NCBI GenBank assembly: GCA_000320545.1
Contig: ADNK01002202.1
Location: 1 to 48,348 of the forward strand
Length of the DNA stretch: 48,348 bases
Direction of reading: 5' to 3'
Source: Bigelowiella natans CCMP2755
Taxonomy: Eukaryota > Protista > Cercozoa
The notes beneath the pieces are model-generated. The model saw only the letters and a program-made list of their open reading frames with translations. It was not told the DNA's origin and made no database searches. A program made the position numbers and the translations under genes. Positions within the stretch are counted from its first letter, which is position 1. Each line of letters opens with the position of its first letter. Positions 34,820 through 48,113 of this stretch are shown piece by piece.

Positions 34820-35660
34820 CGTTAGATGTCTAGATGTGTGCAATGTGAACGCGGGCACAATTAGGAGCTATGATAGCTAGCTAGCTTGCTAGATGGACGC
34901 ACATCTAGACATACCTTCTTGACGCTCATTCTAACTAGTGATTTCTAGATTTATCATTGCGTCACTACTAGACTAGCTAGCTAGAGATCGTTATTAACAA
35001 AATCTCTAGACGTGCATGCTAGCATGCACGCTTTTGCGAGCTAGCAAAGTGTGGCATGCTAGCATGTCTAGATGCGTGCATTCATAGATCTAGAGATGTG
35101 TGCAATGTGCACTAGCATGCTAGCATGCATGTGCTCTAGACTCTAGAACTAGAGAATGTCGAGGTGATTTAATGATTTACATGTCTAGCAAGCTAGCTAG
35201 CTAGCTAGTAGATGTGCTAGCGTCGGCTACTACTAGACTGTGCTAGCTAGCTAGCACATAGTGCATGGCTAGATGGGCTGGCTATCTGGGTCGGCGTAGC
35301 GTGTCAACTAGCTAGCTAGCTAGGTAGCTCTAGAACTAGCCCAGCTAGCCAGCTAGCTAGCTAGCTAGCTGACCAGACGCCACTAGGACATCTAAACATC
35401 TAGAAGTGCTAGAAGGCCTACACTTGTCATGTGCTAGCTGGCTAGAAATTTCGTTGGCGATGAAATTGATGAGCCTATAACTTGCTAGATGACGTCCATC
35501 ACATTGCGCTCTCACTTGACATTCTAGCATTGCTACATGCTAGCATGACAGGCTAGCTGGGCTCATCAGCCATCGCACCTAGCTAGCTAGCCTTATTATC
35601 AACCACATCTTGCACATCACTAGATCATGCACCCATCTAGCCATGAGCTAGCATGCTCAC
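34820..35660. other. CTAG-rich island between convergent receptor and TLDc gene 3' ends
   Basis: Very dense ctag/gctagc/tctaga/gcatgc, with (GCTA)n runs at ~35192, ~35308 and ~35352. No ORFs. Confidence 0.88.
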
Positions 35661-35907
35661 CACAAAACGTTATCATCGTCTCTATGATGTGACTCAAGAG
35701 GGAGAGGGAGACTTCTCTCTGTCGCGACGGTGATATCCGAGATTCCACTCATCTAACCTTCATCTCATGTTCATTGTCTAATTTCTAATTTTGCTTTCCA
35801 AAAACCGCAGTTTCGCCGTGTCGGATGACTCCTCCCGCCCGTCGCCATCCACCCGTTGTTGAAGTCCACAAAGAGGACGCAATATCGATGTTAGGCCATC
35901 TTGTCAT

Positions 35908-36190
35908 TCATTCGACTTCTCCCCAGGCCTCCACGTCATGCAGCACGAATTCTTCATCCTCTTTTGTCCCATCGATTTCGGTGAGAAGAGGCAGGTAACA
36001 AGACAGGGTAAAGCAGGTGAAGTAAGGCAACGAGCATAGGAAAGAAGCTTCCTCGTGTGCGGTCTCCCCCCCCCCCCCTTCCCTGCTACTATCTACTACA
36101 CGCTCACGTCGCTATTTTCATCGTATACCAGCAGTTGTTGATAAGGCGGGACTTCCAAAGGTAGAGCTCGCTCCACTGATGGATCATAGA

Positions 36191-36232
<42 letters not shown>

Positions 36233-36478
36233 TGTTAGTCATCATCATCGTCGTCGTCGTAATAGCCGTTGTAAGCACAAACATCATCATCATCATCATG
36301 ATCATCAAATGCACCTAGTTCCATTCTTGAGGTATCTGTCCACGTATATTGCTGGGTCAGATCCGCCGACAGTGAGGGAAGACTCCTGTCATTATTATGA
36401 TTATTGCTATCTATTATTATATTCTTGTTGCTCTTGTGTGTGGAGCCATCGCTGATGATGATAATGATGATGATGATA

Positions 36479-36509
<31 letters not shown>

Positions 36510-37060
36510 CGGCAAGTGCACTCGATATATGCGCGCGCGTGTGAGCGATGTAGTAGCCAAAAAAGATCGAGAATCTCTACTTATCCTCTCAAACGCTGTG
36601 TACCCTCAGCAGGAGCATGCAATCGTTTCCCCCTGCGAATATGAGAGAGGGAGGAGGAGGAGAAGAAGAAGAAGAAGAAGAAGAAAGAGAGGAGAAACCA
36701 ACAAAGGCAGAGAATGACTAACAATAAATAACAGCAACATCAAAGAGCAATTCCTATCATCATCACCATCACCATCATCATCATCATTATCATCATCTAC
36801 ATACCCGTCCATTTCCACACCAAAACTCTTGATCGCTTCTTTGTCTGCAGCACCAAAAGTGGGGGGGGTAGCAGGCGATGATTTTAGGTCGTATAGAGAG
36901 AGGAGGAAAGATGCTTTCAGGGATATTGTAATATTACACAAGTACACTAACGATTATAAGCCGTTGTTCAAACTCAAGATCATCATCATCATCATCACCA
37001 CCATCATCATCATCACCATCATCACAATCATCATCACCGTCACCATCATTTGGTTCATCT

Positions 37061-37113
<53 letters not shown>

Positions 37114-37304
37114 ATTACCAAATCATAGGTTTCTTCGATTTTGAAGATTTGTGTTTCTCTTCCTCCATAGTAGGTCGCGCTCCTTAAAAGGGGGTGGGGA
37201 GTGAAGAACCCGAACTTCCCACCTCCATTCCGCCAAGATTATACTTTAGCCAAGTTTTTTTCATAAGCTTCATAAGCTCGAGATTGTGTGTGTTTTGTGC
37301 TCGT

Positions 37305-37335
<31 letters not shown>

Positions 37336-38417
37336 GGGAGGGGGGGGGGGGGGGTCGCGGCGGATATTTCTAAACACCAAACCGATGAGGCGCATGAATG
37401 ATGCAAACAAATGCCAAAAGCTTCGGTGCGAAGCTAACCGGCACTGCTGCTGCTACTGCTACAACTGTTATTGTTACCTGTGGAGTCCTTGAAGATGATG
37501 ATCTTTCCCCGAGAGTTCTTCAATGACCTAGACATTCTCTCGAGGGAGGCTCCATCCTTCTTCATAGCATAAGTGCAGGCCCAGTCGCGCATGTGATATC
37601 GGCTAGGAGCAGACCGAATGACGGTTTTCAGTCTGATTGTGAAGGGGTAGGAGGGGGGGGGGGGGTCATGAGATGGTGTCCACTGCACAGTAACAGTCCC
37701 AAATGATGCCTTCAAATATATCTTCGGTAGGAAGGGCAGGGATGGTGGGGGTGATGATGACGATGATGATGAAGGTGATGATGGTGGTGATGGTGGTGAT
37801 GGTGAGGGGGAAACATCTCAGTGTTTGGTTGGCAAACGGCACAGCAATTCTAATCGGTCGATGAAGCAGCACAGCAAGCAGAGCAGTACTGTTCTTTGGT
37901 GAGAATGGAGCTTGCATCAAGGATCTCGCACGCCATGTCCAAAGGCTTGATCTTCTTCGTCTGAGTCACATTATCATTATCATCATCATCGTAGTCGTCA
38001 TCATCATCATCCTTATCACCCACACAGAAACAAAGCTTCCTACAAGCACGCAGAGTAGCAAAGGGGCGGCTGGCACAATGGCGTCATCATTACCGCACGA
38101 TGAAACACGTTGTTGCTCACGTCTTGAATGCTGATAGGCAGCAAGTTCTCGAAGCTGACGCTACGGTATCCTGTGCAGTAGTGTTTTTGAGGAGGAGAAG
38201 GTAGTTGTAGATGGTGATGATTAGTACTATTGGAGAGCGAGTTTAGTGAGTGATGCATAGAGGAGAGGAGACAGAGAGAGGGGGGGGGAGGGTTGTATTT
38301 TCGCCTCATGAACGACATATATCGTGTATCGCCCAGCGCTTCCCCCCTCCTCCCCTCCCCACCTCGAAAGTCTCCTTCTTGCACCCAATCGTCGTCGTCA
38401 TCATAGTCATCTCGGTT

Positions 38418-38461
<44 letters not shown>

Positions 38462-38481
38462 CTCTGTCTTTGTTCTCCTCG

Positions 38482-38521
<40 letters not shown>

Positions 38522-38655
38522 GTACATATATGTATGTATGTATTTATGCATTTGTGCCGATATGAAGGATAGTACCCTCGGGGCCTTCATCAGCATTGAG
38601 TCTCTCCTCCATGAACGCTGCCAGCTCCTCCGATGCCTGCACGTGTGTGGGTTGG

Positions 38656-38691
<36 letters not shown>

Positions 38692-38905
38692 CGATGACGT
38701 TGATGATGATGGTGTTGGAGAAGGAAAAGAAGATAATTTATTAGTTGTCTGCTGAGAAAACACATGAGGACAAAGAAGAAGAAGAAGAAGAAGAAGAAGA
38801 AGAAGAAGACGACGAGCAGCAGCAGCGCATCCCATGCCCCTTCCTATTACCTTTGAGAGCGTTCTCTCGAGCTCCTTCGACGAACTGGCAGCCATTGCAC
38901 TCTAT

Positions 38906-38936
<31 letters not shown>

Positions 38937-39377
38937 TATAATATGAATATAGTGTGTGTGTGTGTGTGTGTGTGTGTTTATTTAATCATAACATGGTGTT
39001 CGTCGCGTTGTTGCAATAATGTGTTTAGCAATAATGTGTTTATCATCGTCTTCTCCTCCTCCTCCTCTTCCGCCGCCTCCTCATTCTTCTTCTTCTTCTT
39101 CTTCTTCTTCTTCTTCTTCACAACCGATCGTGCAGTAAGGGCGGCCAGCACGTTAAGGTGAGCACTTAGCGTCTTTCCCATGTCAACGCCGATTTTCTGG
39201 TACTCCTTGCACAGAGCTGGAAGCTGTCTCTTGATAGCAAATTCGGCGAACTTGTTCAAATCCTTCAACGATAGCAAGTAGCTCTAAGGTTGGGGGGGGG
39301 GGGTTCAAGGCAAAATGGATGAATATGATGCGATTGTACGCGTAAGAAAGAGAGAGAGAGAGAGAGAAATCTTGCAT

Positions 39378-39417
<40 letters not shown>

Positions 39418-40249
39418 ATACAAATATCTGCCACTAGTACCTGGTACGTCGTCAATACTTCCTGTCGCAATGCCTTTAGGTCTGAGAGAAAGGGGGGGGG
39501 GGGGGTGATAGCGGTTGGTTGGTCTTGTTGGCGTTTTTAGCACGCAGAATGCAATATTGAGGAGGGTTCTTTCGAAAGGGCAGGAAAGGGACGTGTTTAT
39601 ATATGATAGGGTATCCATGATAGAGCTTCCTCCCTCCCCAAAGAATGCCACCAACATGCAGAATGCAGCCTTTAACCGGGCGCGCGTGCCGTGGAGTGCT
39701 GCGAGACGCACAGGACAAGTGTACTTCTCCCGCAACGGTTTTTTTTTTTTTTTTCCTTCCGCTGCTCGAGTTGTTGTCTGCTTTCGAAAAGCTGGTTTGA
39801 TGTTGTCAGCCCCCTTATGCTCCTCTTCCTCTTCTTCTTCCTCCTTTTCTTCACGCCAGGAGGCGGAACTACTACGACGACTATTACTACTACTACTACT
39901 ACTATTACTACTAGTAGTAGTACCTGCATTTCCTAAGACCATTCCCGCCAACTTACCAATGAGGGACTCATGCTTTGGCTGCTGCTGCTGGGGGGAGGAA
40001 GTATCCTAGTACGATGGCACGGTGAGGGTGATGACGATGATGATGATGACGATGGTGATGAAGATGGTGATGATGATGATGATGATGATGATAATGACGA
40101 TGATAATGATGAATGGTGATGATGACTATCATCATTGCCGACTCTGCAGAGAATACTAGGATATAATTCGGAGAGATGCATTTTGTTCTTCGTTTGACAG
40201 TATTTTGTGGATAAGGCACACATTCTGCATGTATACTGCAGGCACCACG

Positions 40250-40282
<33 letters not shown>

Positions 40283-40383
40283 ATCACCTTGAGGCTGGCC
40301 TTCATCTCCTGGTCACACTGTTTTATAAGCTGAGAAGAGCATCATAGATCAGCAACACCAAGTCAAATAGTAGTAGTTGTAGC

Positions 40384-40418
<35 letters not shown>

Positions 40419-40801
40419 AAGTAGTAGTAGTAACTCAAGTAGTCGCTGTAAAGATCCGTCAAGACAACAGTGCCCCCCTGACTCATTGATGTTATCGATG
40501 TAGTAGTTGTTTTGACAGTGATTCCCACTCCTTTTCCCTCCCTCCCTTTCCCAGCTCAGCAATCATCACCCTCATTGTGCTCGCACGCAGCTTCTCCATC
40601 CTGCCACGGCGCGTCTTCAATTCCTTCGCGCACTGAGCGTGGGAGAGTTTGGTTTGGAGTGATGAGGGAAGAAACAAAACGCTCCTAGGAGAGGCAGAGA
40701 CCGAGAGCCATGCCAAGTTCATATGCATCGTGTGTTTCTGTGTGCGCGCGCTTTTCTTATTGTATAGAGTATATATGATATCTCCCATATTGTATACATT
40801 A

Positions 40802-40842
<41 letters not shown>

Positions 40843-41188
40843 CTCCCAGGCAAAACTCTTGAGTTCGCCGCATGTATGTAGCTTCTCTACTACCTCAGAG
40901 TGCCTTCCGACGATGGTGTTGTACAAAGCTATGGCTGCCGAAGTGAGCTTACGTAACGGCACCACCACCTACCGACGTCAGATGACCATGTCATATTTCG
41001 CACACTGTCTCACTAATCATTACTCTGCATCGAAGTAGAAGTTTTATCATCGTTCTTCAACCTCGAGCTCCCCATCCCCTACCCCCCCCCCCCCACACAC
41101 ACCATACCTTTCGAAGCACGAGTTTTGCGGACAGCTGCCTCTCCTCGGCCTCCGATTGAAGAACCTTATTCAACAGATGGTCAACAAA

Positions 41189-41221
<33 letters not shown>

Positions 41222-42219
41222 GTGATGGTGATGATTACTACTACTTCTGCAACAAACATCCTAACGGCATGGCGAGTTGCTGTTTTCGTCTAGACGTACA
41301 GGAAATCGCTCGTTTCAATGTCACAAATAATCACAGAAGAAGACCCCAAATCCCAAATGCCATCGGCTTCTTCGCTACATCTTCGTTAATAATACCTCCC
41401 ATGTGCTTTGCCACGCTTGCATAGGCCCCAGCTTTCTATCTCCTCCAGGCTTTGATAATCCAGCAGCGCTATTGCTCCGTCGGTCCCTTCGTTTGCCATC
41501 GCTAACTGTCGCCCCTTTCTCTTCTTTGGCATTCACGATGTCACCTGCGCCACTTTGCCTTCCATCCGTTGAAGAGGCGCTACTCCTCCGCCCTGTTGGG
41601 AAAGAAGAAGGAGACACGCGTGACTTTTTGGAAGACAGTGCCAACGATAATGCAAAACATGAAAGTGCGCACTGGACCTTTGTTCGATGCCTGCAGCATC
41701 TCGTTGATTTTGACGAGTTTAGCTTCGTTGTGCTGCATTGCATGCATCATGAAAAGGAGTTTCCACCAACGACGCAACGCTTTTCAAATGAATATAGTTG
41801 GGGGCTTACCTCCTTCTCCATTGTGTATATTTTCCCAATAACCGAGACGGCCTTTCTTGTATTAAAGAGAACTTCTCGCAACCTATTTGGGGCAGAATGA
41901 GGGCAGACAACCAACCCCGCAGTTTTATACGATTCCTGCTTAATTTTAAGAGCCAAAAAATTCCTTATAAAATTGGAAATTCCCATCCCTAGCCCCCCTA
42001 ACAAAGATTCCCGTACTTCTTAGCGATGGCATCGGTCAATGCAAAGAGGTTCTTTTTTGTCTTCGCCCTCCGCTTCCTTTCAGGAGAGGGGGCCGAATCA
42101 TCCATCACAGCCTTCTCTGATATCTCTTGGCTGGTTTCACTAGTTTCTTGATCACTGCAAGGCCTATTCTCCTTGCCCTTTCCGCCGGCAAGCGGCGGGG
42201 AGGCGGCCGTCGAAGCCAT
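35908..42219 (-). CDS. TLDc-domain protein, possibly with an upstream TBC-like region; many small exons in microsatellite-rich introns, 5' extent tentative
   Basis: Exons read WACTYAMKKDGASLERMSRSLKNSRGKIIIFKDS, GGKFGFFTPHPL...YYGGRETQIFKI, SLTVGGSDPAIYVDRYLKNG, ISGASSTFGSPAL and FVLHDVEAWGEVE* (stop 35908-35910), the TLDc motif series in order. FAEFAIKRQLPALCKEYQKIGVD (~39200) is weakly TBC-like. Confidence 0.75.
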
Positions 42220-42441
42220 GGAGCAACCGCCTTTTTGTTTCTTCTTCGAACCCTCGGGATCAATTCAGTCCAAAATCCAAGCCATTTTCACCATAATTAA
42301 CTTAAATTCCTTGTCGCAATGATATTTTCCCTTGGTACTCCATCAAAAGTTGCCAACCAGGAGAGAGCATGAGCCCTCACCACTTCATCACGTTCCGCTT
42401 TTGCAGCCGCTTGATGATCTTGAGGCGCGTCCAGCTTGTTA

Positions 42442-43400
42442 GCCTTGTGCACACCTTGTTGGAATGTCGAAATGAACATGAATCAATCCACCATTCATTC
42501 AAGGGCGACTGTCCATGAAAATTTCTTTCTTTCTTTCTTTCTTCGATCGTTCACTCGAAAATCAATGGGTCAAACTTCAATGTTTGCCGAGTGCAACACA
42601 GGCGCACCTTTGTTTGTCCAGTGTGCAGACATTCACTTGTCGTCCATTGTGTCTTCCGCATTGTTCTTGTTTTGTTCTTCTTCGGTTTGTCGCTTCACAA
42701 AGCTCCGCTCCCCTCCGCCTGGCACAACTCGTTTTTTCCAAATTGTCACTGACGTTCATGCAACACATGCACCACCAGTTTTCGGGAAGGGTTTCATGTT
42801 GTGCAAGAACAAACACGGCGCATTTGTGAGAAGCATGTGCATTCAACTCATTGGCACGAGCGTGCTGCACAAGCTAGCAAGCGTGACAACTGTGCAACTC
42901 GTGTGGACCACTGTCACAGTGGACGGCGTTGACGTTTCCAGCTAGCCAGGTTTGGATGTTTGTGCAGCGCAACAGCCCGCTATGACCCTTTGGAACGGTG
43001 CGTCCATCGGTGGGTTTAGCTGCTGCACAAGGACAATTCTGGACCAAAAGTGAGCTGGTCGTCTGCGGCCTCATCACACCTAGCACACATTGTCAGTTGC
43101 TACATGTGCGCCGCAGATGCACGCTAGCACGTGTCAAGCAGATGTTTGACATGTGTCTAGACATCTTGTAGACATGCCAGGATGCTGTGCATGATGTGAG
43201 CGTCCAGATCGACGCAATGCAAAGCATGCTCAGGCTAGAGCTGGACTGATCGAGATCGCGATGACAGCACAGATCACGTAACTGACAGGAAGGCTAGTAT
43301 GGTAGACCACCTAGCCACGCTGTGCACATGCATGACACGTGCACTAGCTACACATCTAGACATGTCTAGATATCTGCAGGCGTGAGACTTAAAATTTGAC
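42442..43400. other. TpA-erased, CTAG-retaining island downstream of NSRP1
   Basis: 42442-42980 (539 bp, T-rich) has two TpA, both in GCTAGC. TpA reappears gradually toward 43400. Confidence 0.92.
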
Positions 43401-43588
43401 GGATAAATGCGAAAATATTTTGACGTTCCAGCTAGCAATGGGCAGTGTTGAAAGCGAGCCCCTACGGTGAACGTAACTGCGTGACTACATGTTTACGAAG
43501 GTGGTTTCCTTAACTCTTATGCTGCAAACTTTGACAAATTGAGTTGTTATACACACACAAAGGAACCAAAATTGTATTCTTCTTCGTA

Positions 43589-44668
43589 CTATGCTTTACC
43601 TAATTTTTCGGCAAGCTGCTGTTTTGCCTTCTTCCTCGCCAAATACCTTTCTTTAGCTGAGAGAACCTTATCGCCAGTGTTTCGTTTTAAGATGACCTGT
43701 TCTTTCGGTTTTGCATTATCGGAGCTAGCTGCTTTCTCATTTCCTCGGGATGTGGCATCTGCCTTGATTTCGGAAGTGACAGTTGGCTCTGCCTTTTGTC
43801 CTTTATCTGCCTCTGTTTTGGATTTCTTTTCTGGTTGTTCCACTCCATATCGTGCTAAAGCTGCCTTTGCCACATCCAGAGAACTACGCTTGCGCGATTC
43901 TGCCTCTCTTGTTTTTCTTCTCTCCTCCTTTCTGCGTGCTTTTTCTAACTTCTCTCGCTGTTCGCGAGCTTCCAGTTCCTTCACGACACGTTCTTCGATC
44001 GTTACCATGTTCTCATCTTCTTCGTCCGCCGATTTTCGCGAGAGGATATGTGACATTAAGCCCATGTTAGAAATTTTTCCTTTCCTCATTGCCTCCGCTT
44101 TGATTTCATCTATTGCATCCAAACGATCTCTTTCCTTCATCCATAGTTCCCTCTTTTTCAACTCCTTTTTATACGCTCCGGTAACATACTTTTGCTTGTC
44201 TCCGTAAAGATCATCATCCCTTTCACGCTCTTTTAGCAACACCCTTTCCTCGATGATTGCTTGCTCTATTTCTCGTTCCTTTGCCTTCTTCACTAAATTC
44301 TCGATGTAGCGAGATTTCCTTTGTCGCTTCTCCTTTTTTATGGCCGCCGCTTTATCAGCCCGTTTCCCCTGAATATCCTCAAACACCTCGTCATACTGGA
44401 AGACTGTTGGGTCTTCTGCTAGTGCTTTTTGTCTATCCCTCTTCACTTTCTGCTTTCGGTACTTTAGCAAATTGTAATCAATTGGTTGGTTGCCTTCTTC
44501 ATCGTCATCATCGCTATCCTCGGTGCTGAAGATGGAGGGCACGGGCTTCTTCTTCTTAGGCTTGACCAGCCCGTACTTCTTACCTTTGACACCAATGGAT
44601 GGGGTCGAGGAACTCGAAGCACCAAGAGAAAAAATAGAGGCAGGCTTCAGCTTCTTGCGAGATTTCAT
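43589..44668 (-). CDS. NSRP1: Nuclear speckle splicing regulatory protein 1 (CCDC55/DUF2040), intronless
   Basis: KKYGL, ALAEDPTVFQYDEVF, SRYIENLVKKAKEREIEQ...ERVLLKERE...YGDKQKYVTGAYKKEL and C-terminal SAKERYLARK. Likely start MKSRKK at 44668. Confidence 0.9.
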   Translation of the reverse strand: MKSRKKLKPASIFSLGASSSSTPSIGVKGKKYGLVKPKKKKPVPSIFSTEDSDDDDEEGNQPIDYNLLKYRKQKVKRDRQKALAEDPTVFQYDEVFEDIQGKRADKAAAIKKEKRQRKSRYIENLVKKAKEREIEQAIIEERVLLKERERDDDLYGDKQKYVTGAYKKELKKRELWMKERDRLDAIDEIKAEAMRKGKISNMGLMSHILSRKSADEEDENMVTIEERVVKELEAREQREKLEKARRKEERRKTREAESRKRSSLDVAKAALARYGVEQPEKKSKTEADKGQKAEPTVTSEIKADATSRGNEKAASSDNAKPKEQVILKRNTGDKVLSAKERYLARKKAKQQLAEKLGKA

Positions 44669-44797
44669 AGGCTTGGCACAAGGTGGAGAGGGAGCGGCAA
44701 AGTTTAGAAAAGTGATTTGCCAGCGGAGATGAGAGTGTAACAAATACAATGGCTTTTTCCCCGTGCGACAATGGAATATTCATGTCTCTTACTCTAG

Positions 44798-45211
44798 TCA
44801 AATCAATCACAGGGCAAATCAATCACAGGCACAAGTTGTGAAATTCCAAAAAAAAAGGATGTCGCACGGAACAAATTCAGTCCTTGTTCCGTAGCTCCAT
44901 CTTCGGGCCGAGGAGGCGGAATCGAACTGCTCCCACAATTTGTTTGAGTTTCCCACACACGACCCTCATGCTTCTGAACACACACCACACGGAAAAACTG
45001 CATTCACACATTCATGCACATCATCTGCTCATTCGTTCAGGCTGTCTGGCTTAATGCTGTCATGCATGATTCCATGCTGTCATGTGGTTCAGTTGCCGCG
45101 GGCAGCTAGGTTTGCAAACTTGCCAACTTGGGAGCTAGACGACAGGCAGGAGAAGGACTTCGCAATCGAAATGAGCAAACGCAAGAAGCTCAGCATTGGC
45201 ACGCGTGCGCA

Positions 45212-45255
<44 letters not shown>

Positions 45256-45560
45256 CCTTACCCATGCCAGCATGCTTGTTGCGTTTGCCTGCAGAGCTAG
45301 CAGAGGTGATCAACCTGCACGTACGTGTTGCATGCACAGCTAGACAGTGTCGTGTGCAAACACAACGCAAACAAGTTCTTGCACGTCCAGCTTGCACGTT
45401 CAGCATGAATCGCAGTGGCGGCGGCCTCTTTGTCTCTCTAGCTCCATCACACGCACATGATTTCTTGCAATTTGAAATCTGCATTTCCGTTCGTGATGCC
45501 ACCATCCTAGCATCACAACTAGACAAGATTCTAATCTAGAAGATGCATGATGCAATGCCA
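44798..45560. other. TpA-depleted, CTAG-retaining island
   Basis: About 5 non-CTAG TpA versus about 7 CTAG over ~730 bp. Confidence 0.85.
44799..44829. repeat. Tandem direct repeat CAAATCAATCACAGG x2 upstream of NSRP1
   Basis: Copies at 44799-44813 and 44815-44829. Confidence 0.85.
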
Positions 45561-45610
45561 TGATTAAGTGGGTTTAGTTGCTCATCGCATCATGTAATGG
45601 CTGTTCAATT

Positions 45611-46244
45611 CTAATCACGACGTCGTTGTCTTGACTTCAATGAGGGCGAGGTCCTCGAGCTCTTGCTCCGTGCTGTAGTGGATGACCTTTTGGCGTTCGC
45701 ATTTTTTCTTTTCCGCGATGGTTTGATGTGCTCCAATGGGGCGCCTTCTGTGATAATTGAACATGCAAAATCAATCACACACTATTCAGAGAAGTGCTAC
45801 TCGGCATTCACAATATGATGCGGACTGCTCACTTTTCACTTCCATTGGCGGTACACGCTCGCCCTTGGGATGTACTGGACTTCCGTACCTAATTACACCG
45901 AACGGAAACTTCACGAATATACAACGGACACACGCTACTGCATTGCGCCTGCTATCGAAGAACAATTAGCTTCCGAACGACATCATCGGGGTCGTCGCTC
46001 AGGGATTGGTATGTTATTACTTGTCACATTTCTTCTTGTGAAACTCGACGTAAGCGTTGCGGAACTCCTGGATGTCTCTGGTGGAATAAAGTCATTACGT
46101 CATCACCATCATCCTTGTCGTCGTTATATTAGATATCACTCGCCTATTCGTTGAAAAACGCCTAACTACCTTGTCCAGAGTTGGTCGATTGTAGTGCCTA
46201 TCAGTTCTTCAAGCCGTTTCTGGAATAAACAAATAAATGAATAT

Positions 46245-46277
<33 letters not shown>

Positions 46278-46353
46278 CGGTGGCATCAATCTTATGCCAA
46301 GCTATGTTCAGTCTCGTACCACACCTCCCTGCAAATGTATTGTGCACAGCAGC

Positions 46354-46388
<35 letters not shown>

Positions 46389-47294
46389 AAGCAATAACTC
46401 TCAACCTTAGCCTCCTCGATCGACTTGGAAAGCCTTTCAAGTTTCTCCCTGAGCACAAAACGCAATATCTCATACGCACACTCCTATCACGGGCCATTGA
46501 ATGTCTGCCAGAAGCTGCAACAGCATCACCACCAAACGACTCTAGCGAACACAGAAGAATACAAATGCGGCTCTATTCTCTTCCCGAAATATACTAGCTA
46601 TTATCATCATCAACAACAACATCCGTCGATTCTTCCTCCTCCTCCTCTTATAGTGAGCCGTTTCTTGCAGACCTTTATTCCCAAAGGGGTGTGGTAAGGG
46701 CACCCTCTGGGTAGTAGACGGCTGCTTTCATCTTTGTTTTGCCCCCCCTCCCCCTTATTTTCTCATTATGGCTCTCCCAGTACTACTGCCGCTACTATAC
46801 TACTGCTGCTGCTGCTACTACTCATTAAGGTATTGATAACCTTGTCGCTGAAAGAAAAGGCATCTTCAGCAAATAGTCGAAAGACTCTGGATCGCCCTAA
46901 CAGGAATGGAGGGAAATGGAGGCTTTTCAGATTATTCCCCCCCCCCCCCCAGTGTTTACATAATTAGTCAGACTCTTTCTTCGCTGATGTATGATAAATA
47001 CTCTTTTGATCCCTTTCTTCTATGGGCTATCTCGTATTTTCCCATAAAATTGTGGTGTTGGGAGCACACACAGGACGCTTTGAATTATGTAGTTTTCCTC
47101 GCAGCGAGAGGAGAGGCACCCCCCCCCCCCCCCCCCCCCCCTGGATTACGTCTGTTATTATCGGAGTTGGGGAGTTGTTATATTTACCTGTTGAAAAGTT
47201 TGAGCTTTCCCTGCATGACGTACTCGATGAAACGGTACTGATTTTATGGCAAATAACAGAGAAACCATTTTCAAATTTCTCCCTGTCTCCATCC

Positions 47295-47332
<38 letters not shown>

Positions 47333-47686
47333 ACATATAATAACGTCAGTGACAAACGAGATGGCACACATAGACATCTCCTTCATCGCGGCGCTTTTCT
47401 TGTGAGGCGCAGAGCCAAATCCAACGGTCTCACCGGTGAGAACCGTATCGATTTGAATTCGTTGATTACGTGATAGTTTTTGTTAAGAGAAACGCTCTCA
47501 GCCATGGCTGGGGGATATTTTGCTTTGAACGTGTATTTTTGGACAAACAAACACCACGCTTCTCCCGCAGCAACTAACCGTCATCGTCATAATCTTCTGC
47601 TTTAAAGCGTTAATCTGGTAGTCCTGTTTTGGAGCGACGAGCAGCAGCGAGTGTGAAATCGTGGTTACGTGTAAACAAATGCGTGC

Positions 47687-47721
<35 letters not shown>

Positions 47722-47877
47722 TGTGTGTGTTTGCAAATATAGCTGACGAAGCAAGAGAGAGACCGACCTTCCTCCTTTGATACTGCACACGCCGTATTTT
47801 GTAGAAGTATCTTTTGTATATCGAGAGAAGATCAGAGGACTTATGTTTAGCTTGCTCGAGGATAGTGCGCGCGCACA

Positions 47878-47915
<38 letters not shown>

Positions 47916-48077
47916 AACATACACATAGTGCATATGCATAACCCTATTGATGTTGGAAAATTCTCTGTCATACGATTTGCAGTGAGCTCTGATGATGTTC
48001 CAGCTGCTAGTTCTATGGGTATTCTTCCTGCTGTTATTCCTACTGCTACACTCCTCCTCCTCCTCCTCCTCCTCCTC

Positions 48078-48113
<36 letters not shown>

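Noticed and set aside
34820-35660. CRISPR-like or satellite array
   Set aside because: No fixed repeat-spacer period; only 4-6 bp palindromic words and short (GCTA)n runs.
36000-41300. Many low-complexity ORFs (poly-H/M/I/Y/RE)
   Set aside because: Translations of intronic microsatellites.
44900-44935. B-box/T-loop-like GTTCGATTCC on the minus strand, resembling a tRNA(-Sec) 3' half
   Set aside because: No matching acceptor, D or anticodon arms found; at most a fragment.
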